The position numbers and the translations under genes were made by a program. Of a stretch of 64,000 nucleotides of DNA, positions 28,864 through 38,099 are shown piece after piece (within the stretch, counting starts at the first letter, position 1; every line of letters starts with the position of its first letter). This stretch comes from Armatimonadota bacterium (GTDB taxonomy: Bacteria; Armatimonadota; UBA5829; DTLH01): NCBI GenBank assembly GCA_039679675.1, contig JBDKUN010000050.1:60687-124686 (forward strand). Direction: 5' to 3'. The notes under the pieces are model-generated. The model was given only the letters and a program-made list of their open reading frames with translations. It ran no database searches and was not told the DNA's origin.

Positions 28864-28960
28864 TATGCTTCGGGACTGCAGTTCGTCCCGAAGCACGAGT
28901 CTCCACCAATCCCATTTTCGCGTCTTTCGTGCTTCTTCGCGCATTTCGCGATTCAAAACC
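28864..28960 (+). repeat. Composite repeat cluster (TATGCTTCGGGA copy plus TTCGCG copy) between portal and protease
   Basis: TGCTTCGGGAC-tgcagttc-GTCCCGAAGCA-CGAGTCTCCA, then TTCGCGTCTTTCGTGCTTCTTCGCGCATTTCGCGATTCAAAACC. Confidence 0.8.
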
Positions 28961-30141
28961 TATCCCGCCGGTATCTCCAGATAGTCTCTGATCCACGCTT
29001 CATCCGGTGCGACCACGCCGCCAGACACAAGTTTTGTCACGACACTTGCCAGCAGATCAAGATCGCGCTCACGGAGCGTCCCAAGCGAGAATTCCGGGTA
29101 AAAGTCCGTCCTGAAGTTATAATCCACCAGCCTGCGGATGAGCTGTTCGGTCATTACGGACTCTTCCAAGTCCCTTTTTACTTTCTCCAGCACCATTCTA
29201 AGCACGTCCAGATGCACCTTGGCAAGCGCAAACGAACCGAAACGCATCCCCTCATCCGTCGTCAGCGTCTGGCCAAGGATCGCTTTGGCAATCTGCCTGT
29301 CGTGGTACTCTATCGCCTGTAGATAGCCGGACTCGCCGCTCCGCTGCGCCTCTAAAAGCTCGACTTTTATGTCTTCAGGAAGCACAATCGCCGTCTCCTG
29401 TTGGATCCGGTCGAGGACTTTCAGCAAATCGTCCTGCTGGCTCTTCGGAGTGCCTCTGGTATAAGCCCCCAACACTGTCGGCGAGCCGAACTTCTCTAAA
29501 AAGATATTGTAGAACCTGAGGATTACATCTTTACTCCACCAGTGCCGGTATGCCGTCCTGAGATCAGATGTCCCGTAGGGCGATTCGTAGCGCGACATAT
29601 AGGTGTAGACAAGAAACTTCTCCGGTGGCAGCTCCACATCTATCGAACTGTTCTGCCTGAGTGAGATCAGGTTCAAAAACTCGTCCGACTCGAAGCTGAT
29701 TCCTGCCGGGTCTTTCGACTTGATGGAATCCAGCCCGATCATACCCTTGTAAGGGCCTTTTTCGATGAGCTTGTAGTTGATCTCTGCGATGGAAAACCCC
29801 TTGGCAACGGCATCGAGTACGTTGTAAAGCACATCTATGATCGACCCGCGCATGTCGGACAGGCAAAACCGCACGAAATCTGCGATCTTTATATCTTTCG
29901 GCCTGTCGGAAGCAGGCCTCACCTGCCAGCCGCGTGACAGAATAGAGAGTTTCTTGATATTGAGGCATGCCCTGACCTGGCTGTCGGCCTGCATCCGGTC
30001 GTAGATCTCATAGCCGCGGCTCGTGACCAGATCGTCCGGGTTCAACACTCCTATCCGCCCAAGCGCCCCTGCCAGCCGGTCTACAACAAGCATTTCCTTC
30101 ATTTTTGGTTTCTTAAGTATTGATCGAAGTTTAGTAAGCAT
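28960..30141 (-). CDS. Portal protein (DUF935, Mu gp29-like)
   Basis: LDAVAKGFSIAEI, PYGTSDLR, FLEKFGSP, IAKAILGQTLT and GSFALAKVH motifs. Confidence 0.92.
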   Translation of the reverse strand: MLTKLRSILKKPKMKEMLVVDRLAGALGRIGVLNPDDLVTSRGYEIYDRMQADSQVRACLNIKKLSILSRGWQVRPASDRPKDIKIADFVRFCLSDMRGSIIDVLYNVLDAVAKGFSIAEINYKLIEKGPYKGMIGLDSIKSKDPAGISFESDEFLNLISLRQNSSIDVELPPEKFLVYTYMSRYESPYGTSDLRTAYRHWWSKDVILRFYNIFLEKFGSPTVLGAYTRGTPKSQQDDLLKVLDRIQQETAIVLPEDIKVELLEAQRSGESGYLQAIEYHDRQIAKAILGQTLTTDEGMRFGSFALAKVHLDVLRMVLEKVKRDLEESVMTEQLIRRLVDYNFRTDFYPEFSLGTLRERDLDLLASVVTKLVSGGVVAPDEAWIRDYLEIPAG

Positions 30142-31582
30142 CGTTTCTCCTTTCGCCGCTCGCCAGGAACCTCGCCGGCCCTGAATGCGACCTGCCCCTC
30201 CAAGCTGCGAGCGCGAGCGCCGCCACTATGTCATCCGTGTAGCCGGACCTGGCGTTCATCCGCACGTTTCCGGCTGTCGTCAGTTCATATTCGAAGTACT
30301 GCAGCTCGCGGATAAGCTGTTCATCGTCCGGTATGGCAAGCTCATGGTTCGTAAGCCGTATGACCAGATTATCTATGATCTCCCGCTTGCCGGAATTGGT
30401 AAACGTGAAGCCGTCTACAGCCATCCCTGCGCCGTTTTCCCAGAGACGCTTTCTAAGCTGCTCTAAAAGTGGGTCGCCGACGGAAGTCTGGTCCGTGAGT
30501 ACTGCATTTACCCTGTTCCGCTCCAGAAATGCCGCCGCCCGCTCGATTTGGGACTCCCAACTGAGCCTGTTGAAGCGGTCTATGGAGATAATTTTTGAAG
30601 GCGACGATCCGACATCGACCGCCACGACTGCGGTATAGTCCGAATACCTGGCCCAATCGACCCCGGCGACAATCCATGGCTCTTCCGAATCAATTTCGGC
30701 CTTTCCGAGGTTTACGGCAGACTGTATAGTCTCCCACGGAAAAACAGAGGTCTGATCGTCCAGAAATTCCGCTTCATACTCGACTGCAAACTGCCTTGGG
30801 GTGACGACGCTTCTCTGAAACTCGATGTATTCGCGGCTGATGTGAGGGTTTTCCCAGGATGGAAACCTGTACGAAGAATACCGGCCGGAGCAGGGGGACG
30901 AAACTCCGTCCATCCCCTGCTCTTCACGGCCTTTCGCTTCGCTGCCTGTTCCATCAGGTGCTGATCCGCTACATTCGGATGCAACCATTTGCATGTTATC
31001 CAAATGCAGATTATTAGAACCCTTGCCTGCTGCAACCCCGTTCACAAACGCCCTGTAAAAGTGGTTCTTTCCGAAGGGAGTCGAGATCATCACAAGCTGC
31101 CCGTCTCTGTCTGCAAGCATCGGACCAATCACTTCTTCGACCACAGCATCCTTCACATAAGCCGCCTCGTCGACTATCACCCTGTCAGCGGAATGTCCGC
31201 GCAAGTTTCGCCCATCCTCATCCGCTGTCCGAGCCATGATCAAGCTTTTTCCGATCCTGAGCTTCGGGTAAGGTGTTTTGGTGGCTTTCGACTCCCGCCG
31301 GATGAGCGACTGGTCAAATATCATCCTCTCAACAGTGTCATAGATTAATCTACTTTGATCATATGTAGGACTGACGATCATCTGAACTGAACCCGGAGCG
31401 GCTACGGCGAAGGTTGCCGCATCTACGGCAGCGGCTTCTGTCTTTCCCCATCTGCGGCCACAGGCCGCGACCTTTACCCGGCTTTCGTCCATCAGCCATA
31501 TCCGCTGAGTTGGATGAGGCTGCCATCCGAAAAGCCTTCTTGCGAGAGCGATCCTCTGTTTCGCGTCAATCTCCGCTCTCAT
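30131..31582 (-). CDS. terL: Terminase large subunit
   Basis: Walker A GRRWGKT, Walker B VIVDEAA, motif III ISTP, nuclease GVDWA...DYTA and DDIVAALALA. Confidence 0.93.
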   Translation of the reverse strand: MRAEIDAKQRIALARRLFGWQPHPTQRIWLMDESRVKVAACGRRWGKTEAAAVDAATFAVAAPGSVQMIVSPTYDQSRLIYDTVERMIFDQSLIRRESKATKTPYPKLRIGKSLIMARTADEDGRNLRGHSADRVIVDEAAYVKDAVVEEVIGPMLADRDGQLVMISTPFGKNHFYRAFVNGVAAGKGSNNLHLDNMQMVASECSGSAPDGTGSEAKGREEQGMDGVSSPCSGRYSSYRFPSWENPHISREYIEFQRSVVTPRQFAVEYEAEFLDDQTSVFPWETIQSAVNLGKAEIDSEEPWIVAGVDWARYSDYTAVVAVDVGSSPSKIISIDRFNRLSWESQIERAAAFLERNRVNAVLTDQTSVGDPLLEQLRKRLWENGAGMAVDGFTFTNSGKREIIDNLVIRLTNHELAIPDDEQLIRELQYFEYELTTAGNVRMNARSGYTDDIVAALALAAWRGRSHSGPARFLASGERRNDAY

Positions 31583-31928
31583 CGCCTTTCGCTACCTCTC
31601 TGATGATCTCCTCAAGGGTCTCTCCAGCTTCTTCCCCACGCTCAGCAAAAGCGCCGCTGGCCTTGAGTGTGTCCAAACTGAGCTTACCATCGGCACTTTT
31701 TGAGAGCAGGCTGTGCAGGTTCTTCGCCGCGACGAGCGACGCATCCGATGTTATCCTGGCAGCCGCGGCTCTGATCACCCGTTCTTCTGCGGCAAGCGCT
31801 TTCTGGAACTCTTTGAAAAGCCGCCATTTGGCAATTGTCTCTATCGATACCCCGACTTCAGCCGCCACTTCCTCATCGGGTTTCTGAAACATCAGTTTGA
31901 TTGCTTTTCGCTGCTTTTTCGATAGCAT
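31566..31928 (-). CDS. Putative terminase small subunit (N-terminal HTH)
   Basis: LSKKQRKAIKL...EVAAEVGVSIETIAKW HTH; overlaps the terL start; ATG 31928 follows a G-rich RBS. Confidence 0.7.
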   Translation of the reverse strand: MLSKKQRKAIKLMFQKPDEEVAAEVGVSIETIAKWRLFKEFQKALAAEERVIRAAAARITSDASLVAAKNLHSLLSKSADGKLSLDTLKASGAFAERGEEAGETLEEIIREVAKGDESGD

Positions 31929-32046
31929 CCCGCCCTCCCCTGTCATAATTCCAGCTGCCAAGCCAGCATTTAGTTGTTCACTATTATAAGACAACAACTC
32001 AGGCGAAATACGGGGTCAAAATAATGATATTTACAGGGCATTACTG

Positions 32047-32060
32047 CGAACGCTTGTTCT
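32047..32060 (-). promoter_or_regulatory. Cheo-type SOS (LexA) box upstream of the terminase operon
   Basis: Minus strand AGAAC-AAGC-GTTCG versus consensus CGAAC-RNRY-GTTCG. Confidence 0.55.
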
Positions 32061-32307
32061 ATGGCCTAAAAAACCTCAGCAATAAATATCCCAAAAAGCT
32101 GGTAATGGTACGGGTTTTGCAATAGCTATCTGCAGACGAAAAGTATTAATTTATGATTTGATGCCGCTTACCCTGCGGCATGTTGTAGTATGAGGAGATC
32201 CGATGAGAAGGGTTATCTGTGCTTTTATTACCGCGTTAGTAGTTGCCGCCGCTATCTACGCCCATCCATAAATATATCCCGATAACATAGTAAAGGAGTC
32301 ATTCGTT

Positions 32308-33393
32308 GTGACCAGTTTCAACGGCCTCGGAATGCACATGGGAAACCTCAGCCGTTTGTCGCCGGCTAAAACCCGCTCGATAAGCGCTGAGAACCCGACC
32401 GGAGAAAAAGGCAAGGTCGGGATGGCAACGGAAGGAAACAACGCGAAATGCGCCCGCGACCTCGGACAGGGATGGAAGATTTCCCCTTGCGTTACGGTCC
32501 AGCCCGGCGAGTGTCTGACTTTAGCTGACATCGAAGGCCCCGGCGCGATCCAGCACATATGGATGACTCCCAGCGGACACTGGCGGTTCTGCATATTAAG
32601 AATCTACTGGGACGGCAGCGAAACGCCATCTGTCGAGTGTCCCATCGGCGACTTTTTCGCATGCGGCTGGAATGAGTACGCTCAGGTATCGTCTCTCGCC
32701 GTCTGCGTCAATCCCAGAAGCGGGCTCAACAGCTATTGGGAGATGCCGTTTAAAAAATCCTGCAAGATGACGGTAACGAACATCGCTGGCGAGCCTATGG
32801 TGCTCTTCTACCAGATCGACTACACCCTGACCGATGTGCCGGATGATGCAGCCTACTTCCACGCCCAGTTCCGGCGAGTCAACCCTCTGCCGTATAAAGA
32901 AGTCCATACGATCCTGGACGGAGTCAAAGGACAAGGCCAGTATGTCGGGACTTATATGGCATGGGGAGTGAACAACTGCGGCTGGTGGGGCGAAGGCGAG
33001 ATCAAGTTCTATATGGACGGAGATGTAGAGTGGCCCACTATCTGCGGGACAGGCACAGAGGACTATTTCTGCGGCTCTTATGACTTCGACCTGGGCAAAG
33101 AAAACGGCGGCTACCGTGAGTTTACGACCCCTTACGCCGGATTGCCTCAAGTCATACGCCCGGACGGGCTGTACAGATCACAGACAAGGTTCGGGCTGTA
33201 CCGCTGGCATATAGCTGACCCGGTCCGGTTTGAAAAAGACCTCAAGGTAACGATCCAGGCGCTTGGGTGGCGAAGTGATGGCCGGTATTTGCCGCTTCAG
33301 GACGATATTTCGTCCGTTGCCTACTGGTATCAGACGCTCCCGACGGCGCCGTTCCCGCAGCTGCCGGACAAGGATTATCTGGAGATTATCTGA
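32308..33393 (+). CDS. DUF2961 / GH172 family glycoside hydrolase
   Basis: SAENPTGEKG, GPGAIQHIWMT, WWGEGEIKFY, GTGTEDYF and DDISSVAYWYQ motifs. Confidence 0.92.
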   Translation: MTSFNGLGMHMGNLSRLSPAKTRSISAENPTGEKGKVGMATEGNNAKCARDLGQGWKISPCVTVQPGECLTLADIEGPGAIQHIWMTPSGHWRFCILRIYWDGSETPSVECPIGDFFACGWNEYAQVSSLAVCVNPRSGLNSYWEMPFKKSCKMTVTNIAGEPMVLFYQIDYTLTDVPDDAAYFHAQFRRVNPLPYKEVHTILDGVKGQGQYVGTYMAWGVNNCGWWGEGEIKFYMDGDVEWPTICGTGTEDYFCGSYDFDLGKENGGYREFTTPYAGLPQVIRPDGLYRSQTRFGLYRWHIADPVRFEKDLKVTIQALGWRSDGRYLPLQDDISSVAYWYQTLPTAPFPQLPDKDYLEII

Positions 33394-33397
33394 TTTG

Positions 33398-34969
33398 CTA
33401 GAATGTATCGCCGAGGGTGATGTGGGTGCGGAACTCCTCACCCCAAGCGAAATCCAGGCCAAATGAGCCGATCTCGCTGGTATAACGTACGCCGACTCCT
33501 ACTCCTGCTCGCGGGGAAAAGCCCTTGTGCTGCTTGAAGTCCGTGTCGACACCCGGCTGGAACTGGAAATCGCTTCCCCAGGCATCACCGGCGTCCACAA
33601 AGGCGACTCCTGTGAATGATCTCCCGAATGGCTGGCGGTATTCGACAGTCGCGAGAGCCATATTATCACCCCAGAACCTGCCTTCGATGTAACCCCTCAG
33701 GCTTCCAAGCCCGCCAATAAAGTATTGCTCGAAGAAAGGAAGATCGCCTACGGTTGTTCCGGCCATAAGGCGCGTGGCAATGACTCGCGGCCTTCGCGTT
33801 GCGGCCTGACCGGGCAATACCGGTATCCGGTCGAGCGCAAAGAACCTTCTTATCTCAACTGAGCCTTTCGTGATCCAATTGTCACCGTTATCGTCCAGAT
33901 TGACCCGGCCCGGCTCCAGAACAGCCCGCCACAGCAGCCCGTGAGTGGGATATACGACCGAATCACGCAGATCAGTAACATACTCGCCCGATATTGCAGC
34001 AACTGTCCCATCCTGAGATGGAATATTACCAATAAAAAGCTGTACCGGCAGGTTGGCTACGTTCAGGTTTTCGTACCGGATTCCTCCCACAAGTCTGCGG
34101 ACATTAGTCAGTGACCTGGTAAAAAGCGCCTGCCCGCCTTTTCCACGCTCGTAATACCTATCGATATCCGTTCCGTTTACCAAGTCTCTCCCGAACCTGT
34201 AACTTGCCAGATCGAAAGCCCTGAGCGTCATCGATGTTTTTGGAGCGACCCACGGAGTGTAGTAGAGAAGCTCTCCGCCGAGCCTGGCATCCAGGCTGTT
34301 GACATTCGCCGTCAGCCTGATTTGTTCCGCCAGACCTTGGAGATTCGATTCAGTGACGGTTACGCTGCCTACGAGGTTATCTCTCGAACTGTAACTTCCG
34401 CCGACCGTGATGAATCCTGTGCGTTTCCGCTCGACAAGCTCCCATACAACAACAATTTTACCGGGTTCATCTGCCTCGGCAAGCCTTGCATTGACTGATT
34501 CGAATATATTGAGCGCAAACAGCCGTTCAGCGTCCCTGCGAAGAGCGGCAACGCTGTATAACACCCCCGGCTGCACTTCCAGCAACCTTCGGACAGCAAA
34601 TTCTTTCGTTCGCTGAAGCCCCTCTATCCTCACCTCGGACACATGGACTTCAGTGATCGGGATGCGCAGAACTCCAGTCTCCTGAAATGGAGCAACAATA
34701 TCACCTGTCACGACAGCAAGATAGCCGCGGTCTCTATACGCATCTGTAATGGCCTGGACTCCCCTGCTGAGTTCAACGTTGGTAAGGAGTTGTCCGGGTT
34801 TGATGCCGACGATTTTGAGCAGTTCATCGCTTGAGATGACCGTATTGCCGGTGAATTCGATCCGTTCGACGTTTCTGTAGACGGTTACCGGCGCAACCGT
34901 TTCATCCTGAGCTATAGCTTGTGCAAGAAAGATAAAGACCAGCAATGTATAAAGTGCTGTAAGCCTCAT
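33398..34969 (-). CDS. Omp85/BamA-TamA family outer membrane protein
   Basis: Signal peptide; POTRA repeats (IEFTGN, IEGLQRTK); IGG..SLRGY motif; C-terminal Phe. Confidence 0.9.
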   Translation of the reverse strand: MRLTALYTLLVFIFLAQAIAQDETVAPVTVYRNVERIEFTGNTVISSDELLKIVGIKPGQLLTNVELSRGVQAITDAYRDRGYLAVVTGDIVAPFQETGVLRIPITEVHVSEVRIEGLQRTKEFAVRRLLEVQPGVLYSVAALRRDAERLFALNIFESVNARLAEADEPGKIVVVWELVERKRTGFITVGGSYSSRDNLVGSVTVTESNLQGLAEQIRLTANVNSLDARLGGELLYYTPWVAPKTSMTLRAFDLASYRFGRDLVNGTDIDRYYERGKGGQALFTRSLTNVRRLVGGIRYENLNVANLPVQLFIGNIPSQDGTVAAISGEYVTDLRDSVVYPTHGLLWRAVLEPGRVNLDDNGDNWITKGSVEIRRFFALDRIPVLPGQAATRRPRVIATRLMAGTTVGDLPFFEQYFIGGLGSLRGYIEGRFWGDNMALATVEYRQPFGRSFTGVAFVDAGDAWGSDFQFQPGVDTDFKQHKGFSPRAGVGVGVRYTSEIGSFGLDFAWGEEFRTHITLGDTF

Positions 34970-35159
34970 ATTACCACCAGGTGCGTGAGAGTTGATCATA
35001 AATATTGAGAAATCAGCTTGAAATATCGTAAAGGCTGCTTGTATATTCCCAAAGGAACGGCTATCCAACCGGTAAAGAGGCTTCTTAGCGTGGAATTATG
35101 AAGAAGGAGGGATTTAAAGAGATGGTGGGGTCTCCGTCACTTCTTTAAATCCCTGCTAA

Positions 35160-35690
35160 TCACTTTGTAAACGGTGGTGCCGGAGGCATATCCTCCGTAT
35201 CCTTATCAGTGCACTTAAACGGTGCACTTGGAGGTGCATCGAGTCCATCTGAATCGTCCGAACCACTATCGAAAGGCGAACCGGGAGCTGTATCCAGAAG
35301 CGTGGTGGTCGCTTTTGGAAGGACTACAGTCTCAGACGCTACTGCAGTGACATTGATGCTCTGTGACCACGAGTCTTTTGCGACCTTGATCACTGTATTT
35401 CCTGCGGGAACACCCGTAAGCGTAAACGATCCATCTTCAGCCGTTACAGTCGATGTAATGGCCGCTTCGGGTGTGGAGGCTCTGCCCACCGGAACATAGA
35501 CTGTAGCTCCTGCTACCGGAGTGACACTATCGGATGCGTAGATGACACCCCTTAAAATGCCGGTACCGGCAGTCGCGGATATCCCTCCTCCTCCGCCACC
35601 CCCGCAGCCCTGCAGCATAAAGACTGCTAGAACAGCGATGATCACCAGATAAAGGCCGCTTCGTGCCGGTTTCGAACAGTATTCATCCAC
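35160..35690 (-). CDS. Lipoprotein with carboxypeptidase-regulatory-like domain
   Basis: Lipobox LQGC followed by poly-G; PVAGATV...TAEDGSFTLTGVPAG. Confidence 0.8.
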   Translation of the reverse strand: MDEYCSKPARSGLYLVIIAVLAVFMLQGCGGGGGGGISATAGTGILRGVIYASDSVTPVAGATVYVPVGRASTPEAAITSTVTAEDGSFTLTGVPAGNTVIKVAKDSWSQSINVTAVASETVVLPKATTTLLDTAPGSPFDSGSDDSDGLDAPPSAPFKCTDKDTEDMPPAPPFTK

Positions 35691-35947
35691 CTGACATTCC
35701 TCCTGCTATTCGCGAGAAGCGAGTAAAGAAGCTATTACTAATAATACCCTTTACACAAAAACACTTCCCTGTATTTCTTAGGAATTATTCCATAGTAGAC
35801 AGACCGGCCTATATACTAGGTTTTTGCTAACGGTTTACCGGGTGCTGATTAAGCTTCGGAATGACGTTATATCTCCGGACTGTGAATTTACAGTTTCAAG
35901 AGGCCGCAAATATGATATAATGTCGTCTACATTGAGAGAATACTGAT

Positions 35948-37744
35948 ATGGCAGACCTGAAACGGGTATTGGTAGTTGGAAATAAACTGGGTGCAGAAGA
36001 AACTCAAACGCTGGCTAACGCCGGTTGCATACTCGAATCCGTCGATGCTACTGCAGAGGCTGCCAAAACACTCGCTTCGAAGCAATACGACATGGTAATC
36101 GTCGATCCGGCGGATTTACGGTTCGCTATCGACGCAGGCAAAGTTGAATTTGATGAAAACTCCCGCCATCTGAGCTCTGAGATCGAATGGCAACTGGCAA
36201 TTGCGGAAATCGTTACAAACTGCACTGAAGCCAATCTGGCATATCTTGACTCCGATTTCAACTTCGTGTGGGTCAACCAGGCTTACGCCGAAGAATCAGG
36301 TTACACAAAAGAAGAATTGATCGGGCGCAACCACTTTGACCTCTTTCCGGATAAAGAAAACCAGCAGATATTCGAGATGGTGCGCGGCACCGGGCTGCCT
36401 TATACGGTAAAAGAAAAACCTTTTGTATACAAACTCCAGCCAGAACGCAGTATTACCTATTGGAACTGGACGCTTTTCCCCATCAGATACGGCGGCGACC
36501 CTGTCGGCACTACCCGTGGATTTGCACTGACGCTTGTCAATGTTACTGAGGATGTGCGCATACGGCAAGAGATCGAGCAACTGCGCGAAAATGCCGAGTA
36601 CCGGGCTGCCGAAATAGAAACAATTATGTCCAGCATGACCGATGGAGTGCTTATTATCGATACCTCAGGGAATATCATATGGATAAACCAGGCAGGCAGG
36701 CAAATTCTCGGTGTATCCAGGGATGAACCGTTTGACGATTGGGGCAACAGGTTCCCATTCTTAGGAATAAACGGAAAACAGATGTCGGTCGAAGAGACAG
36801 CTGCTTATAAGGTACTGCAGGGAGAAATAATACAGGATGTCAGCTACACGATCACCACTTCGAGTGGAAAAGAAGTAGTACTCAGCGTCAGCGCTTCTCC
36901 TGTGCGTGATGCAAGCGGCAGGATAATAAGTGTGATCAGCGTCTTTCGCGATATAAGCGAAAGAATGGCGTTTGCGAAAAAGCAAAATGACCTGCTGCAA
37001 CGCGAACGGCGGATAACAAATATGCTGCAGCAGGCTCTGATCCCGCCGGAAGTCAACTACAATATCACCGGCTGCAGGGTGGCGGTAAAATACCAACCGG
37101 CTCTTCTGGAGGCTGAAGTCGGAGGAGATTTCTACGATGTCTTCGACCTCGGTTTAAGTAAAATCGGCATATTGATCGGCGATGTGGCCGGAAAGGGCCT
37201 GCCCGCTGCGATACGCGTTGCCGCGGCAAGATACGCCATCCGAAGCTATGCCTACCTCGACCCAAGTCCGGGCAGAGTTATGACCCTGGCTAATGAAGCA
37301 CTCAGCAAAGACCCCAGTAACGGTCACGGAATGCTTACAGCATTCTTCGCGGTGCTCGATGTAAACACAAAAACAGTCACTTATGCTAACGGAGGGCATG
37401 AACCTCCATTAGTGTTGACCACAGGCGGCGAAATATATGAACCTGACTTACTCGGACGAGTACTCGGCGTCCTCGGAGGATACGACTACCCGGAAGCGAC
37501 TCTTGAACTGAGACAGGGTGACGCATTCATCCTTGTTACAGACGGCATAACAGAGGCCAGGCCGGATGCAACCGCACTTTTCGGCAGAGAAGGCATCATA
37601 AAATATCTTTCAGAGAACCCAGGCGCTTCGCTGAATGAAATACCGGATGGTCTTCTGGAAGCAGCCCGGGCTCATGCTGGTGGAAGTTTGCAGGATGATG
37701 CAGCTATTGTTGCATTCGAGCTCGTGGATATGGCGGAGGCTTGA
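35948..37744 (+). CDS. PAS-PAS-PP2C (SpoIIE/RsbU-like) phosphatase
   Basis: Two PAS domains; VGGDFYD, GDVAGKG, TDGITEA and QDDAA motifs. Confidence 0.93.
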   Translation: MADLKRVLVVGNKLGAEETQTLANAGCILESVDATAEAAKTLASKQYDMVIVDPADLRFAIDAGKVEFDENSRHLSSEIEWQLAIAEIVTNCTEANLAYLDSDFNFVWVNQAYAEESGYTKEELIGRNHFDLFPDKENQQIFEMVRGTGLPYTVKEKPFVYKLQPERSITYWNWTLFPIRYGGDPVGTTRGFALTLVNVTEDVRIRQEIEQLRENAEYRAAEIETIMSSMTDGVLIIDTSGNIIWINQAGRQILGVSRDEPFDDWGNRFPFLGINGKQMSVEETAAYKVLQGEIIQDVSYTITTSSGKEVVLSVSASPVRDASGRIISVISVFRDISERMAFAKKQNDLLQRERRITNMLQQALIPPEVNYNITGCRVAVKYQPALLEAEVGGDFYDVFDLGLSKIGILIGDVAGKGLPAAIRVAAARYAIRSYAYLDPSPGRVMTLANEALSKDPSNGHGMLTAFFAVLDVNTKTVTYANGGHEPPLVLTTGGEIYEPDLLGRVLGVLGGYDYPEATLELRQGDAFILVTDGITEARPDATALFGREGIIKYLSENPGASLNEIPDGLLEAARAHAGGSLQDDAAIVAFELVDMAEA

Positions 37745-37745
37745 T

Positions 37746-38099
37746 ATGAAACCTGGAACAATCATTGTTGAAGGTAATAGCTCCGAGGTCACCGTTACAG
37801 GCTATGGTGAGCTGGATTTAAGCAATGCTGGCGAACTCGGACGGGCTTTGCGGGACGCTTCAGAGACAACAGAGAGCCTGGCTGTGGATATAAGGCCCGC
37901 TACATTCATCGATACGGCTGTTTTGGAATATATCGCAAGAGCTGCAGCAACTATGCTGAACCGTGGCAGGCGTCTCAGGGTCCTTACGCAGAAGAACAGC
38001 CATCCGCTTTATGTCCTCAAGACTGCCGGTTTTCAGGAACTCGTAGATATTGTCATCGATGACACCGTCGTTAAGGATGGAGCCGGATATGCCGGTTAA
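37746..38099 (+). CDS. STAS anti-anti-sigma factor
   Basis: GELDLSNA and TFIDTA motifs; operon context. Confidence 0.85.
   Translation: MKPGTIIVEGNSSEVTVTGYGELDLSNAGELGRALRDASETTESLAVDIRPATFIDTAVLEYIARAAATMLNRGRRLRVLTQKNSHPLYVLKTAGFQELVDIVIDDTVVKDGAGYAG

Noticed and set aside
28894..28908. TCTCCACCA read as a tRNA/tmRNA 3' att fragment
   Set aside because: It is the tail of repeat family A, whose other copies end CTCCA followed by different bases, and no T-arm precedes it.
30881..31040. Intein in TerL
   Set aside because: The insertion is too short and has no Hint blocks or terminal HN-C/S/T.
22256..31997. Complete Mu-like prophage or classical cf-PICI
   Set aside because: No transposase, integrase, repressor, primase, tail genes or att repeats are visible in or near the module.
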